Source: Eledone cirrhosa
Lineage: Eukaryota
Length of the DNA stretch: 64,000 bases
Direction of reading: 5' to 3'
Assembly (NCBI GenBank): GCA_964016885.1
Contig: OZ024745.1
Span: forward strand, 45,818,001-45,882,000
Shown: positions 1 through 11,146 of the stretch, piece after piece
How positions within the stretch are numbered: the first letter of the stretch is position 1
How the letters are laid out: each line of letters starts with the position of its first letter
The notes under the pieces: model-generated
Seen by the model: the letters and a program-made list of their open reading frames with translations, nothing else
What the model was told of the DNA's origin: nothing
Database searches by the model: none
Program-made: the position numbers and the translations under genes

Positions 1-11
1 TGTAATATATT

Positions 12-52
<41 letters not shown>

Positions 53-103
53 AATTAGTATATCTACCAACATATATATACAGATGCATACCTATGTTAG
101 CAA

Positions 104-145
<42 letters not shown>

Positions 146-483
146 TATCTAAGAAGGTAACCAGAAGCAGCGTTGTCCGAGCATTTAGTAGAACTATACA
201 TTGCTAATGTAATGTAAGTAATATTTGAATGGTCTACTCGATTATATGTTATTTTTTATACATGATATTAATAATGTTGTATCTATAACAATATTTATAT
301 GAATGCCCACTGTTCTTGATATTTTAGCGTCAAATTTACGTTGAGGGTTTATGGTTAACGAGTCGATGTTTTGAGACATCAATTTAGCTACATTGTATAT
401 ATATACATATGAGTGTGTGTGTGTGTGTGTGTGTAGTAAGTTTAGGAGGGGTGGTGGTGGAGAGAGAGTAATAGTTTGATAGA

Positions 484-665
484 TTTCAGTATCGGTAGAG
501 AGTGGGACGCCATGCTTTCCAGCATAGTTACGTCCCTTTACCGTCTGAGTTCAAATCCCGCCGAGGTTAACTTTGCCTTTGATCCTTATGGGGTCGATAA
601 AATAAAGTACCAGTAATGTACTGGGTAATTGCTGGCCTTGTGCCAAAAAAGTAGAAACAATTATT
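484..665 (+). mobile_element. tRNA-derived SINE (Meta-domain-like family), slightly 5'-truncated
   Basis: B-box GAGTTCAAATCCC followed by CTTTGCCTTTGATCCTTATGGGGTCGATAAAATAAAGTACCAG and the 3' end GGCCTTGTGCCAAAA-GTAGAAACAATTATT; more than 10 related copies in the window. Confidence 0.9.
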
Positions 666-961
666 AACTACCGCTCTGTCATGCGTATCGTTATTTATTT
701 GGGATTGATATAATATTTGTGTGTATGGATTACGTTTATATATCATAATCATAAGATATCCTATGTCACAGGAGTTCAGTATAAACTTGATATTTAAACG
801 ATATATAATATAATCGTATATTTACGTTGCATTAAAAATCTCAAATAATCTTTATTTAAATGTAATAAAAACTGTATAAGTGGCAAGAAAATAATAAATT
901 AAGGAACCGAAGCAAGGGAGGGGGAGCGACTGACTCTACATCTCTGTCTGGGCGGTATCTT

Positions 962-1225
962 TCAGCTGCGCCCTGTTGACAAAATAACGAAGCTATTCTC
1001 ATGGCGAATGGCTAGCGACACCCGCTGCAACAGTCACCCCATCTCATGGCATTCCTTCTTCATGCGGGCTGCTATCTTTTTAATTTTAAGGAGGAAATCA
1101 GCAGTTGAAGATCCTAGAACATCTAAGGTCTCGTCGGCGACCGGCACCAGTGGGAAGCGGTCGTTCCAGTCTCGGTATTTGGTTATCTTCCGGCCTTGTG
1201 CATTGCGAGCGGCGATGCCCAGGTT
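962..1225 (-). mobile_element. CRE-clade (RLE) non-LTR retrotransposon ORF C-terminal remnant
   Basis: Minus-strand translation AARNAQGRKITKY..FPLVPVADETLDVLG..FLLKI..KECHEMG*LLQRVSLAIRHENSFVILS matches the KY..F.P.A.ETLG..QR.S.AI.RGN..IL tail of CRE-like elements; in-frame stop; related copy at 29860-30070. Confidence 0.75.
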
Positions 1226-1227
1226 AC

Positions 1228-1425
1228 GAAAAATATAAAAATACGCGAAAATCATAATCTATGGTTTGTTCCTTTCCACCCTTATTCTCTGTCACTTTAT
1301 TTTTATTTAACTGTACTTTTTCCTACTACTTTTTATCCATCCTGCCAGTTTTCTCATTCATTTATCATATTCCCTTTGTAGTAACTTTTATATAAGCCAT
1401 ACCCTAGTTTTCCCGATTAATAAAT
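1228..1425 (+). repeat. Diverged ~200-bp interspersed repeat, second copy at about 2432-2644
   Basis: Shared blocks AAAATCATA, TTTATCCATCC, TATTCCCTTTGTA.TAACTTT and ATTAATAAAT in the same order. Confidence 0.6.
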
Positions 1426-1602
1426 AAAAATGGAGATGGGCATGTGTATGTACTTGGAGTAACGGAAAATAACATTTTAGCTTTGGTTATTGAAAAACAG
1501 CTGAATTACCTAAGAATAGGTCAGCAAAACTTTGACGGGTTGCTGAATGCGTACAATACGTTGGGAACAATCTAGACAAAATACGACAGTGGTATCAATA
1601 TA

Positions 1603-1820
1603 ATTGTTTCTGATTTAGGCACAAGGACAGCAATTTGAAGGGAAGGGAAAGTCAATTAAATCGACCTCCAGTGCGTTACTGCTACTTTATTGTATCGACC
1701 CTGTGAGGATGAAAGGCAAAGCTAACCTCGGTGGGATTTGGAATCAGAATGTAAAGGGACGTAACTCTACGCCACGAAACAAGTGTCCGACGCTTTATCA
1801 GTTCTGTCAAGTCACCACTC
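1603..1820 (-). mobile_element. tRNA-derived SINE (Meta-like), diverged
   Basis: Reverse-complement core TATCGACCC..AGGATGAAAGGCAAAG..AACCTCGG.GGGATTTG. Confidence 0.8.
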
Positions 1821-3051
1821 ATAATCAAACCTATAAGCTATACGTGGAAATTTAAACATAAATTATATGGTCTTATCAGTAAAACGAATCTAAGAGGCAG
1901 ACTATTATTCTTGTATACAGACGCTCATGGTGAAAGATGGGAATATCATATTTGCTGGGCAATATTTGCAATGAACGCAAAACATTTGATTAAATATGGA
2001 AAGACCACATGTATGTTAATAAACACATTGTGTGTTTGAGGAGCGGGTGAATTTAAAGTTATTGATTCTGAATAAAAGTCGAGATATCCTCCATAATAGT
2101 TGATTCAAACAATGGAAATAGTTGAATTAAACATCAAAGGCACCGACAAAAACTGACAACAATTATAACAACGGCATCGAAAGCACCATCGATGATAAAT
2201 AGTTGTGGGGGCAATAGTTTGTAGTATTGGTCTAATTTTGGATGCCCCCCCCCCCCCCCCCCCATACCCATCTGGTTTGTAAATCTTTTTTGTCAGATCC
2301 TACTGATGTTTAATCTGCTAAATACAGAAAGGATGAGTTGATTCCAATAAAACATCAGAAAATATACACAGTGAGAATATCTAGTTCATACAATAACAAA
2401 GCAATCATTACATGTTTAGTAACGTTATTACGGAAAGATGGAAATACACAAAAATCATAGCCTATGATTCGTTGTTGTTTTATGTTTTTTTTCATCCTTA
2501 TTCACTTTTGTTTCATTTTATTCAGCTGTAATTTCCCCTACTACTATTTATCCATCCAGCCATTTTTTTCACTCATTCATCTTATTCCCTTTGTAATAAC
2601 TTTATATAATTCATACGCTACCCTACTTTTACCAATTAATAAATCGTTTGACCTCTGATTGTTAAATATTATTCTGTCTTATATTACCCAAGCTTTTTTC
2701 AAATGCAGTTGATTCCCATGCAATTGGAAAGGGGTATGGGTCGAAATATTTTCATTGAAAAAAAAACAAATAAGCCTAAGGAAAATACATTACGTATACC
2801 AATAAATCCGGGTTTCCATTTAATTCAGCTGAACTGTGACATTTCATTTATTTTGAAGCCTGTTTTCAATTTTTTTTTTTTTTCTTTTGTTTTCTGTACA
2901 CACGCTTTGTTCTAATAGCTGCATGGATTGGTTGGTAATCTAAGCTTAGGGCAAGTGGCTTTCTAGAATAAATTCAGCAACACACATGCGCATTAATTAC
3001 AGTATGAAATTAACACTGACACGCGCACTTCAACACATAAATACATGAACA

Positions 3052-3083
<32 letters not shown>

Positions 3084-3781
3084 GACGCATAATATCTCAC
3101 GCACAAAGATACACAAATACATTACATGTAAACAGATTTCAATTGTAGATTCTAAAGAGATAAATAAATTAGTTTCTTTTGTCTAGACACAATGGTCTAT
3201 AACTTTAGAGATCAAAATAGAAACTATAATATATATATATATATATATATATGTGTTTCCGAAATACCATTAGTGGTAACAGTAAACTCATACTTGATTC
3301 ACACAAATTTATAACTGGGTTGTTAAGCTAGGTCTGCTTGAAAAGGGAGGATTAACTATTTATTTGTATTCAACTCAAGACGAGTCCTCTTTAAGGGCAA
3401 GAGATATAGTTGACTGCATTTATCCCAGACTAAAGTAGTCCAGCTATTTATTCTAAATGCAAAACAGGCTCCAGAAAGAATCGAAGTCCCGTAGCGTACT
3501 TGTCAACGTCTCAGCTATATGCAGAATTGCTATCCCTAGAAATATTCATTTCTTTACTGGTAAACTATGACAAATTTGTAAAGAAAAATGTGGTTATATT
3601 CTCGATAGAAATGGTCAAATTATACATTTCGTACTACTTTAATCACCCCTTGAAAAGTCAGTAATAATAAGTAATGTTGGCGCCTGTGATTTGAACTCAA
3701 ATGTATTGGCGATTAGTTGATACAAAAGGTCAATACATTCTGGCTGCATTTATCAACTATATATTAATCTATCTATATCTA

Positions 3782-4081
3782 CGAGGGCAATCCCAAAAGT
3801 AAGGTCTCCTTCCGATATTGCAACTTTTCCTTGGAAGGAGACCTTACTTTTGGGATTGCCCTCTATATAATAACTGCGCGAAATTCGCACTTGGCGGTAG
3901 CGTTCAACGGGAGTTCCATTCTCAACGGCGGCCAAGCCAAGATTGAGCATCCCAGCGAAGTGCGCGCATGCTTGTTTGGGAGTGAAGGAAGCACCAATCA
4001 CAACAGTGTTGCAAACAGCCGTACGAACAGTTTCTCTGCGTCTCCATCGCTTTGGAGACCTTACTTTTGGGATTACCCACG
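3782..4081 (-). mobile_element. Non-autonomous Tc1/mariner element (MITE) with an extra internal TIR
   Basis: TIRs CGAGGGCAATCCCAAAAGTAAGGTCTCC / GGAGACCTTACTTTTGGGATTACCCACG; TA on both sides (3780-81, 4082-83); third TIR at 3837-3863; longer relative at 31409-31799. Confidence 0.9.
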
Positions 4082-4352
4082 TATATCTGAAAGAGAAGGT
4101 CAATCAATCAGGAATTTCGAGACTACAAGCAGGTAGCGTGGTAATCACTACCATGCTAGTCGATATATCAATCTTCCACGAGCAATCAGCCTTCTGAAAC
4201 GATCGTAAAATAATGAACTAATTAAATACCTATGTCTGACTTTTGTTTTGTTTCCATTTCTCTATACACACACACACACATATATATATATATACACATA
4301 AATATATATATATATATATATGTATATACATATATATATGTATGTATACATA

Positions 4353-4422
<70 letters not shown>

Positions 4423-4425
<3 letters not shown>

Positions 4426-4613
4426 AAAAGTATGACCCTGACGGCAGAGCTCAAGCCGTTTCGACGGCTATTTCTGAGTCCAGAAATAGCCGTCGAAACG
4501 GCTTGAGCTCTGCCGTCGGGGTCATACATTTTCCTATTTCCCACTCTAACACCCTAAGTATTGAGTACTCTGGTGCGTTATGGTCCATCTGGTTCCTTAC
4601 TACAATTCCTTTG

Positions 4614-4615
<2 letters not shown>
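4423..4615 (+). mobile_element. (TA)n-embedded fold-back element, family A (hammerhead 3'-half motif), copy 1
   Basis: Palindrome about 4423-4533 plus unique 3' tail, flanked by (TA)n on both sides; GAAA-CGGC-ttgagctct-GCCG-TC at 4495-4517; six related copies. Confidence 0.85.
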
Positions 4616-4683
<68 letters not shown>

Positions 4684-4715
4684 AGATCAAAAGATGGTTA
4701 AAGGAGTTCCATATA

Positions 4716-4782
4716 TTTTATTATGCGCATTTCAAAAACAAACATCATCAAGCAATAATATTTGTGTTTTCATCAGATAAAA
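4716..4782 (-). ncRNA. Type I hammerhead ribozyme with long stem II
   Basis: Minus strand: UUUUAU-CUGAUGA-AAACACAAAUAU..AUGUUUGUUUUU-GAAA-UGCGCA-UA-AUAAAA; 6-bp stem I, palindromic stem III, AUA cleavage triplet. Confidence 0.85.
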
Positions 4783-5766
4783 CAGGAGAACATGATATGA
4801 AGGCTAAAAAACACTTGTTGATAGTGCAGTTTTAAATCAACATATGAAAAGTGGTTTTAGATTGATGTGTGATATTGGGAAAATATTTTATTTAGAGAGG
4901 GGGGGGGAGGATGAAAAGGGAAGGAGATGAGAGGGAGAGATGGGTGATAGAGAGAAAGAGATAGTTTTTATAACTGAGAGGAGATATATTTTTTACATAG
5001 AGGGGTTGAAAACCGTTGGAAGATACTGTATAAATTAAAAATTTTGAAAATTAACGAAGGGAGGATATGTGCGAGGAAAAAATATTTTATTTAGGGAGGG
5101 GGGGTGGAAAGGATGAAAAAAAGGGGGGAGGAGATGAGAGTGAAGGTGGAGAGGGAGAGATGGGTGATAGAGAGAAAGAGATAGTTTTTATAACTGAGAA
5201 AAAGATATATTGTTTTAATATAGAGAGGTTGGGAACCGTTGGAAGATAATGTATAAATTAAAGGAATTTGAAAATTAACGAAGGGAAATTATGTATGAAG
5301 ATAGAGAGAAAAAAATAATAATTGTGGGTGAATATTCTAACGTCAAAAGAAGAAATGTATGTATTGTGGCAATTTCAAAATTAGCGAAGAGAAAAATTGT
5401 TAAGGTTTGTGTGTAGAAGGATTTGAGAAAAATAATGTGAAGTTAAAGTTTGTATATTGAATTGATCTGTATTAATAATGAGTTCGTTGATGGGGAGAAA
5501 AAAATAATAATAAATTAAGGATGAAATTGAGATTAAAAAGATTTATGATAGAGAGAAAAAAATAATAATGATTGCGGATGAATATTCAAAATGTCAAAAA
5601 CAAATGTTATTATTTTACGAGAAGATAGAATGAGGGTAATGAGTAAACGAGTATTATAGAGTGTATAATGCCCTTTAAAGTAAGGTAAGGTAGATGGGTA
5701 TATTTTAAAGAGGTGTATGTATATGTGCCTTTGAGAAAAGATTCTAAATTGATAAAGAATTGAATA

Positions 5767-5916
5767 TTAACTGTATACTTTGTGAAAAGTTCTATGGAAT
5801 TTATGCAGGCAGATAGAAAACAAATCTGAGCGTCTGTTTATTATAGAATCTAGGTTAGAGATAATGGTAAATTTTTCATTTAGGCAGAGATTACAGATTT
5901 TAGATAGAGAGCTGTT
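5767..5916 (-). pseudogene. C-terminal fragment of a Penelope-like RT/GIY-YIG ORF
   Basis: Translates NSSLSKICNLCLNEKFTIISNLDSIINRRSDLFSICLHKFHRTFHKVYS*, matching the CxLCxxEK...(L/I)NxRxE/D...CxH tail of GIY-YIG Penelope-like elements. Confidence 0.75.
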
Positions 5917-5962
5917 CAAGTACTACAATAAAACTCACCTCCTACATATATATATATATGTA

Positions 5963-6001
<39 letters not shown>

Positions 6002-6136
6002 TGTCTAATTTGCCAGACACTTTGAACCCTCCTTCTCCACCCCCATTGGGACAGCAGTACCGTCGGTGGAGTTTAAAATTGTGTGCGTCCCTTTCGACGG
6101 CCGATGACCGTGGATTTCTGGTACCTGTTGCCAATT

Positions 6137-6201
<65 letters not shown>

Positions 6202-6267
6202 GTTATTCCGGGTTGAATCGGAGGTAACCACAGTAAGTAAGGTACTCAATACATTGCAGAGTATAAA

Positions 6268-6390
6268 AGTTTTAATATAGATGAGATTCTACAGGACTAG
6301 AACTGTTTCATTCTTTAGAAATCATCAGGATTCCTGATGATTTCTAAAGAATGAAACAGTTCTAGTCCTGTAGAATCTCATCTATATTAA

Positions 6391-6394
<4 letters not shown>
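6268..6394. repeat. Perfect 127-bp palindrome carrying a hammerhead motif on each strand
   Basis: 63-bp arms around 6331; lies in a (TA)n-bounded island 6201-6394. Confidence 0.9.
6328..6378 (+). ncRNA. Type I hammerhead ribozyme (variant with U-U at the base of stem II)
   Basis: GAUUC-CUGAUGA(6334-40)-uUUCuaaaGAAu-GAAA(6353-56)-CAG-uucuaguc-CUG-UA-GAAUC; predicted cut after A6372. Confidence 0.75.
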
Positions 6395-6434
<40 letters not shown>

Positions 6435-6571
6435 CACGGGTAAGAAATTGCCTAAACAAATGTATCTACATATTATGCATGCCTGTATAATTATATAGGT
6501 GTAATGATATAAGAAGAGCCGAGAGTAAGTGAATTTATTTACATGAAGGTCATTTCTGTTTACCTTTTACT

Positions 6572-6604
<33 letters not shown>

Positions 6605-6721
6605 ACACGCATACACACACGCATATATATATATATATATATATATGTATTATGGTTTCTAGGATGCGTCCGTAGGCGGTATGCCGGTTGAGCACTCTAT
6701 GCTCCTTCGGAGTAGAGTATG

Positions 6722-6932
6722 ATAATATGGAAAACGAAGAATCAGTGATGCATCGGAACACAATTTATTACGTATTACAATTGTTTCTCTGGCGAACAGC
6801 TCGAGCTGCGATCTGCTTGTGGATCGAACCTGACTCTGGATTCGCAAGTTCCTCAGATATGTCTAGTGATTTCGAAGCAAATTCTCTTTCAGAAAAAGAA
6901 TTTGCTTCGAAATCACTGATTCTTCGTTTTCC

Positions 6933-6939
<7 letters not shown>
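6722..6939. repeat. Nested inverted repeats in a (TA)n-bounded island
   Basis: 28-bp inverted repeat 6722-6749 / 6912-6939 and hairpin 6865-6917. Confidence 0.85.
6770..6862 (-). ncRNA. Type I hammerhead motif with ~60-nt branched stem II
   Basis: Minus strand: ACAUAU-CUGAGGA-aCUuGCGAA...UUCGCcAGa-GAAA-CAAUUG-UA-AUACGU; internal hairpins CGAUC/GAUCG and CAGC/GCUG. Confidence 0.65.
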
Positions 6940-6995
<56 letters not shown>

Positions 6996-7603
6996 CAGCA
7001 TGCCTTGTAAATGGGAACAGTCCTTTCCTTCTGACTTAAGCAATGAAAAATTTACAGTTTTAGAAGCAATAAATTACGCAAAAAATTACATTACTCTGTG
7101 GATTGTTATGATCTGTAGGACTGGTGATCTGGTTGCCATATCAAATATCACTGATCATGAAGATATTTATGGTCAGCTTATACAGAGACTGAACATATTA
7201 TAATCTGATTATAACTTTAAGACGAATAATGTTCCACTTTGTTACAATTCTAAATATTTTATGCGGGGTTTTTCAGAAAGCTGGCGTTTTAAAAGAAAGA
7301 AGATTAACGACAGATCCGAATTTACGATATTATATCGATTAGTTGCAATACTAGAAATACACAAAATTTATCCACTTGTCTCAATAGCAAAAATACGTTC
7401 TGTCTTAGAGGAATACTAAAGGTGTTTCGATTAAATCAATAGTATATACATACATCGATACGCACAAGCATATATAAAGATAAATAAACATGCACAATAC
7501 CGTATAGCGGTACACATAAACAGATACAGGGTAAAATAGGCAGACTGATATATTTATAGATAGATAGAAAAATGCTTATACACACGCACATTTAAATATA
7601 TAT

Positions 7604-8626
7604 ATATGATAAAAATAGTCCTTCGTCAGTGATTTTCCAACCATCATTGGTATTACATCGCATTAAAAATCATATAACTCAGGTTGGTGCGAGCAATAAC
7701 TAAAAAAAGTTATTGCGACCAGTAAATCGCGTAAAGCGAGGGGGACAAGTAAACAACATAGAAGGATAAAAGCAAACCAAAGATAGGAAAAAAACAAGCA
7801 GCATGGTTGTCCGGTCAGCATAAGCTGGGTGGACTTCATGAGCGAAAGGTACAGACCGTCCGATGTGAGTGAGATGTAAGCAAGAAGAGACCCACTGTAA
7901 GCCAAAGGGGAGGAAGTGAGAAGGGGAGAAACAGAGAGTGAGTGAGTGGAAGTGCGAGGAAGCGGTCAGTCGAGAGAAAGTGTAACTGACAGAGGGGGCG
8001 AAAGAAGGTGAGAGAAACGGAGAGAACGGGGAAGCAGAGGACTATTTTTATCATATGTAACCCATGTGCAACCACGCAGTATTCTTCTTTCTTCTCATGT
8101 TTTTTATATATATTTACCTCGGCTGCGTTTGTCTGTTTCTCTCTTACTGCTTCCCCGTTCTCTCTGTTTCTCTCACCTTCTTTCGCCCCCTCTGTCAGTT
8201 ACACTTTCTCTCGACTGACCGCTTCCTCGCACTTCCACTCACTCACTCTCTGTTTCTCCCCTTCTCACTTCCTCCCGTTTGGCTAACAGTGGGTCTCTTC
8301 TTGCTTACATCTCACTCACGTCGGACGTCTGTACCTTTCGCTCATGAAATCCACCCAGATTATGCTGACCGGACAACCATGTTGCTTGTTTTTTTCCTAT
8401 CTTTGGTTTGCTTTTATCCTTCTATGTTGTTTACTTGTCCCCCTCGCTTTACGCGATTTACTGGTCCCAATAACTTTTTTTAGTTATTGCTCGCACCAAC
8501 CTGAGGTATATGATTTTTAATGCGATGAAATACCAATGATGGTTAGCAAATCACTGACGAAGGACTATTTTTATCATATGTAACCCATGTGCAACCACGC
8601 AGTATTCTTCTTTCTTCTCATGTTTT
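7604..8626. mobile_element. (TA)n-flanked element with inverted copy and partial tandem repeat (Penelope pLTR-like architecture)
   Basis: About 435-bp arms 7604-8037 and 8133-8578 inverted; ~68-bp direct repeat starting at 8038 and 8561. Confidence 0.8.
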
Positions 8627-8995
8627 ATATATATATATATATACATATATACGCACACACATATATTTATATATATATATGTATATATACACATGGCATT
8701 TATAGTCCTTTTCTCTACTTTGTCATACAATCAGATCTGACCTTCATTACCCCTTCCCGTTCCCCCCAAATGGTACTAAGAAATAATAGGTATATAAGCC
8801 CACCAAACATGTTTCCTTGTGCTTGTTTGGACAATATATACACTGATGACGGGCCAATTAGATCTGAAAATCGATTAAAGGCATTTATTAATTTTTTTAA
8901 AGTTACAGAGAAATTCGTATTAGGTATGTGTATATTTATATACACGATGATTGGCAGAGTCTCGGTTACCCACTCTGTATCTATGCAGATATAAC

Positions 8996-9090
<95 letters not shown>

Positions 9091-9173
9091 AAGGTAAACA
9101 GAAATAACAACACAATCGGTACAGTATATGGAAGGAATATATTAGACTAACGCTTGAAATTGCAAGAAGAGTG

Positions 9174-9209
9174 TCTTAACGTTTCGGATGTTAGTCCTTC
9201 ACCAGAAGA
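9174..9209 (-). ncRNA. Minimal hammerhead motif with core substitution (CUGGUGA), probably inactive
   Basis: Minus strand: UCUU-CUGGUGA-a-GGA-cuaaca-UCC-GAAA-CG-UU-AAGA; between (GT)n and (TA)n tracts. Confidence 0.55.
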
Positions 9210-9246
9210 AAGAGAAATTAGATAGATTGAAGAGACGGACGGGGTG

Positions 9247-9303
<57 letters not shown>

Positions 9304-9844
9304 GATTATCTGCAGTGAGAAAGCCGGAAAATCCACGGAAAAACCACAAATGAGAGTAGTACACGGTGCTCGTGCTTGATGAGATGCAGGGTATATTTAT
9401 GAGGTAAAGGTTTGACCGCAGGGCTCACGGCCAGACCTTTACCTCGACTATCTATCTATCTATATATCTATCTAAATATATATATGTGTGTGTGTGGTGT
9501 GTGTGTATGTGTGCCTGTGTGTCTGTGAAGAAAGTGACAAAGATGGGAATGTCGATGAACATTAGCTGTAATGATAGGTGGGTACATAGATAGACGAATA
9601 GCTGATTAGATATTCCGATATATGCCTATTCATATATCAATAGAAATAGTAAAATATACAGACAGACCAGTGGGTAGTGAGACATATAGGTAGATTGTTA
9701 TATAATGTATTTGTGTTGTAGGTAGATAGATATGTTTCTTTTATTTGCCACCAGGGCATCAAAAGTGGGACAAGTACAAAGGGGGGAGTTTACATGCAAA
9801 GGCGTCCTCAATATGGAGGAGGCAATAACAAGATATAAAAGTAG

Positions 9845-9890
9845 AGATAGATAGGTAGGTAGATAGATAGATAGAGGGAGAAAGAGAGAA

Positions 9891-9931
<41 letters not shown>

Positions 9932-9946
9932 GGGAGAAAGAGAGAA

Positions 9947-9991
<45 letters not shown>

Positions 9992-9993
9992 GA
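9845..9993. repeat. (GATA)n microsatellite, interrupted
   Basis: Direct reading. Confidence 0.95.
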
Positions 9994-10666
9994 TCAACAG
10001 ACAGAGAATATCAATTAATTTATCGGCCTTATTTCCTCCTTCTATAGCTACTTTTTCTTTCTCATTCTATTGTTTAGCTTTAACACTTCGTTTACTGAAA
10101 GGAAAATGAAATAATAAATGAAATATAAAGCTACTTTATGAGTCTGATGAAGGGAGCGGAGAAAGGGAAAAGAGGAGACAAGCAATCATGAGAGAAAGAG
10201 AATATTCGAGAACAATTCGAAACGTTAACAATAAAAGGCGCCGGGATTTATAAACGGTAAGTTATTTTCGTATCGGTTTCATTCACGTTCCATTAACAAC
10301 GAATATTTTTCATAATGATTTACCCAATTTATTGCTGTTGTTAACTCTTTAAAGACTATTTCTGAATACACACACATACATTCAAACACAAACACACACA
10401 TATATATAATTCATATACATACCCTTACACACAAGATCTTGAATTCCAATTTTGAATTTCTTTTCTAATTCTCGACACAACTAACTCCACTCTGTTATAT
10501 GTTATATTTTCTTCGTATATTTTATGCATTGGTTCAATTGTTATTTTTATGTTCTTTTGAGAGAATCTGTAAACGTAGAATTATATGAATTTCTTTTGTG
10601 CCGTCGTAATTCTTTGTTTAGAAGTGTAATGGTAGAATATTATTATTGGATAAAATAAATGTGATC

Positions 10667-10866
10667 GATTGGTAGAGTCGTAACAACGTTGGACAAATGT
10701 TTAGCGGTATGCTTTCGAACAGTTTATGTTCTGAATTCAAATCCCACCGAGGTCAACTTTGACTTTCATCCTTCAGGAGTCGATAAAATAAAGTAGCAGT
10801 TAAGTACTGCAGTTGACTGTCTCCTCCCTCCAAAATTGTTGGCCGTGTGACTAAATGTGAAACCAC
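10667..10866 (+). mobile_element. tRNA-derived SINE (Meta-like), diverged
   Basis: GAATTCAAATCCCACCGAGGTCAACTTTGACTTTCATCCTTCAGGAGTCGATAAAATAAAGTAGCAG. Confidence 0.8.
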
Positions 10867-10953
10867 TTGCTAGAAACAATTAATGGATAAAATATTCACA
10901 AAAGCGAAGTGACGTTAAACGTAAAAGGTTGTTATATTACGCAGTATTATAAA

Positions 10954-11146
10954 GACGCCTGGTTTAATGGTTAGAGATGTGGATTTACAATCGTGAGGTT
11001 GTGAATTCGATTCCGGTTTGAGTGATGAATTGTGTCTTTGAGCAAGACGTTTTACTTCACGTTTCTCCAGTTCATTCAGATACAGAAATGAGTTGCGACG
11101 TCACTGGTGCCAAGTTGTATTGGCCATTGCTTTTCCCTTGTATAAC
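10954..11146 (+). mobile_element. Second tRNA-derived SINE family (CORE/V-like central domain)
   Basis: A-box TGGTTTAATGG, B-box GAATTCGATTCC, then TGTGTCTTTGAGCAAGAC..TTCACGTTTCTCCAGTTCATTCAG; inverse copy at 14052-14365. Confidence 0.75.

Larger units (their letters stand above)
4680..5944 (-). mobile_element. 5'-truncated Penelope-like element (ORF tail, ~1 kb 3' UTR, hammerhead)
   Basis: Flanked by (TA)n; ORF tail at 5767-5916; hammerhead at 4716-4782; internal ~200-bp tandem duplication 4866-5290; inverted terminal fragment 5920-5944 matching the end of the copy at 55685. Confidence 0.8.

Noticed and set aside
8843-8877. CTGATGA..GAAA-ATCGAT-TA hammerhead-like core
   Set aside because: Stem II is weak and stem I does not pair; at best a decayed copy, so not counted
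10144-10236. CTGATGAAGG ... TTCGAAACGTT separated by about 70 purine-rich bases
   Set aside because: No credible stem II and weak stem I; may be chance
10954-11015. tRNA-like sequences with A and B boxes here and at other SINE heads
   Set aside because: No complete cloverleaf; they are SINE promoters, not tRNA genes
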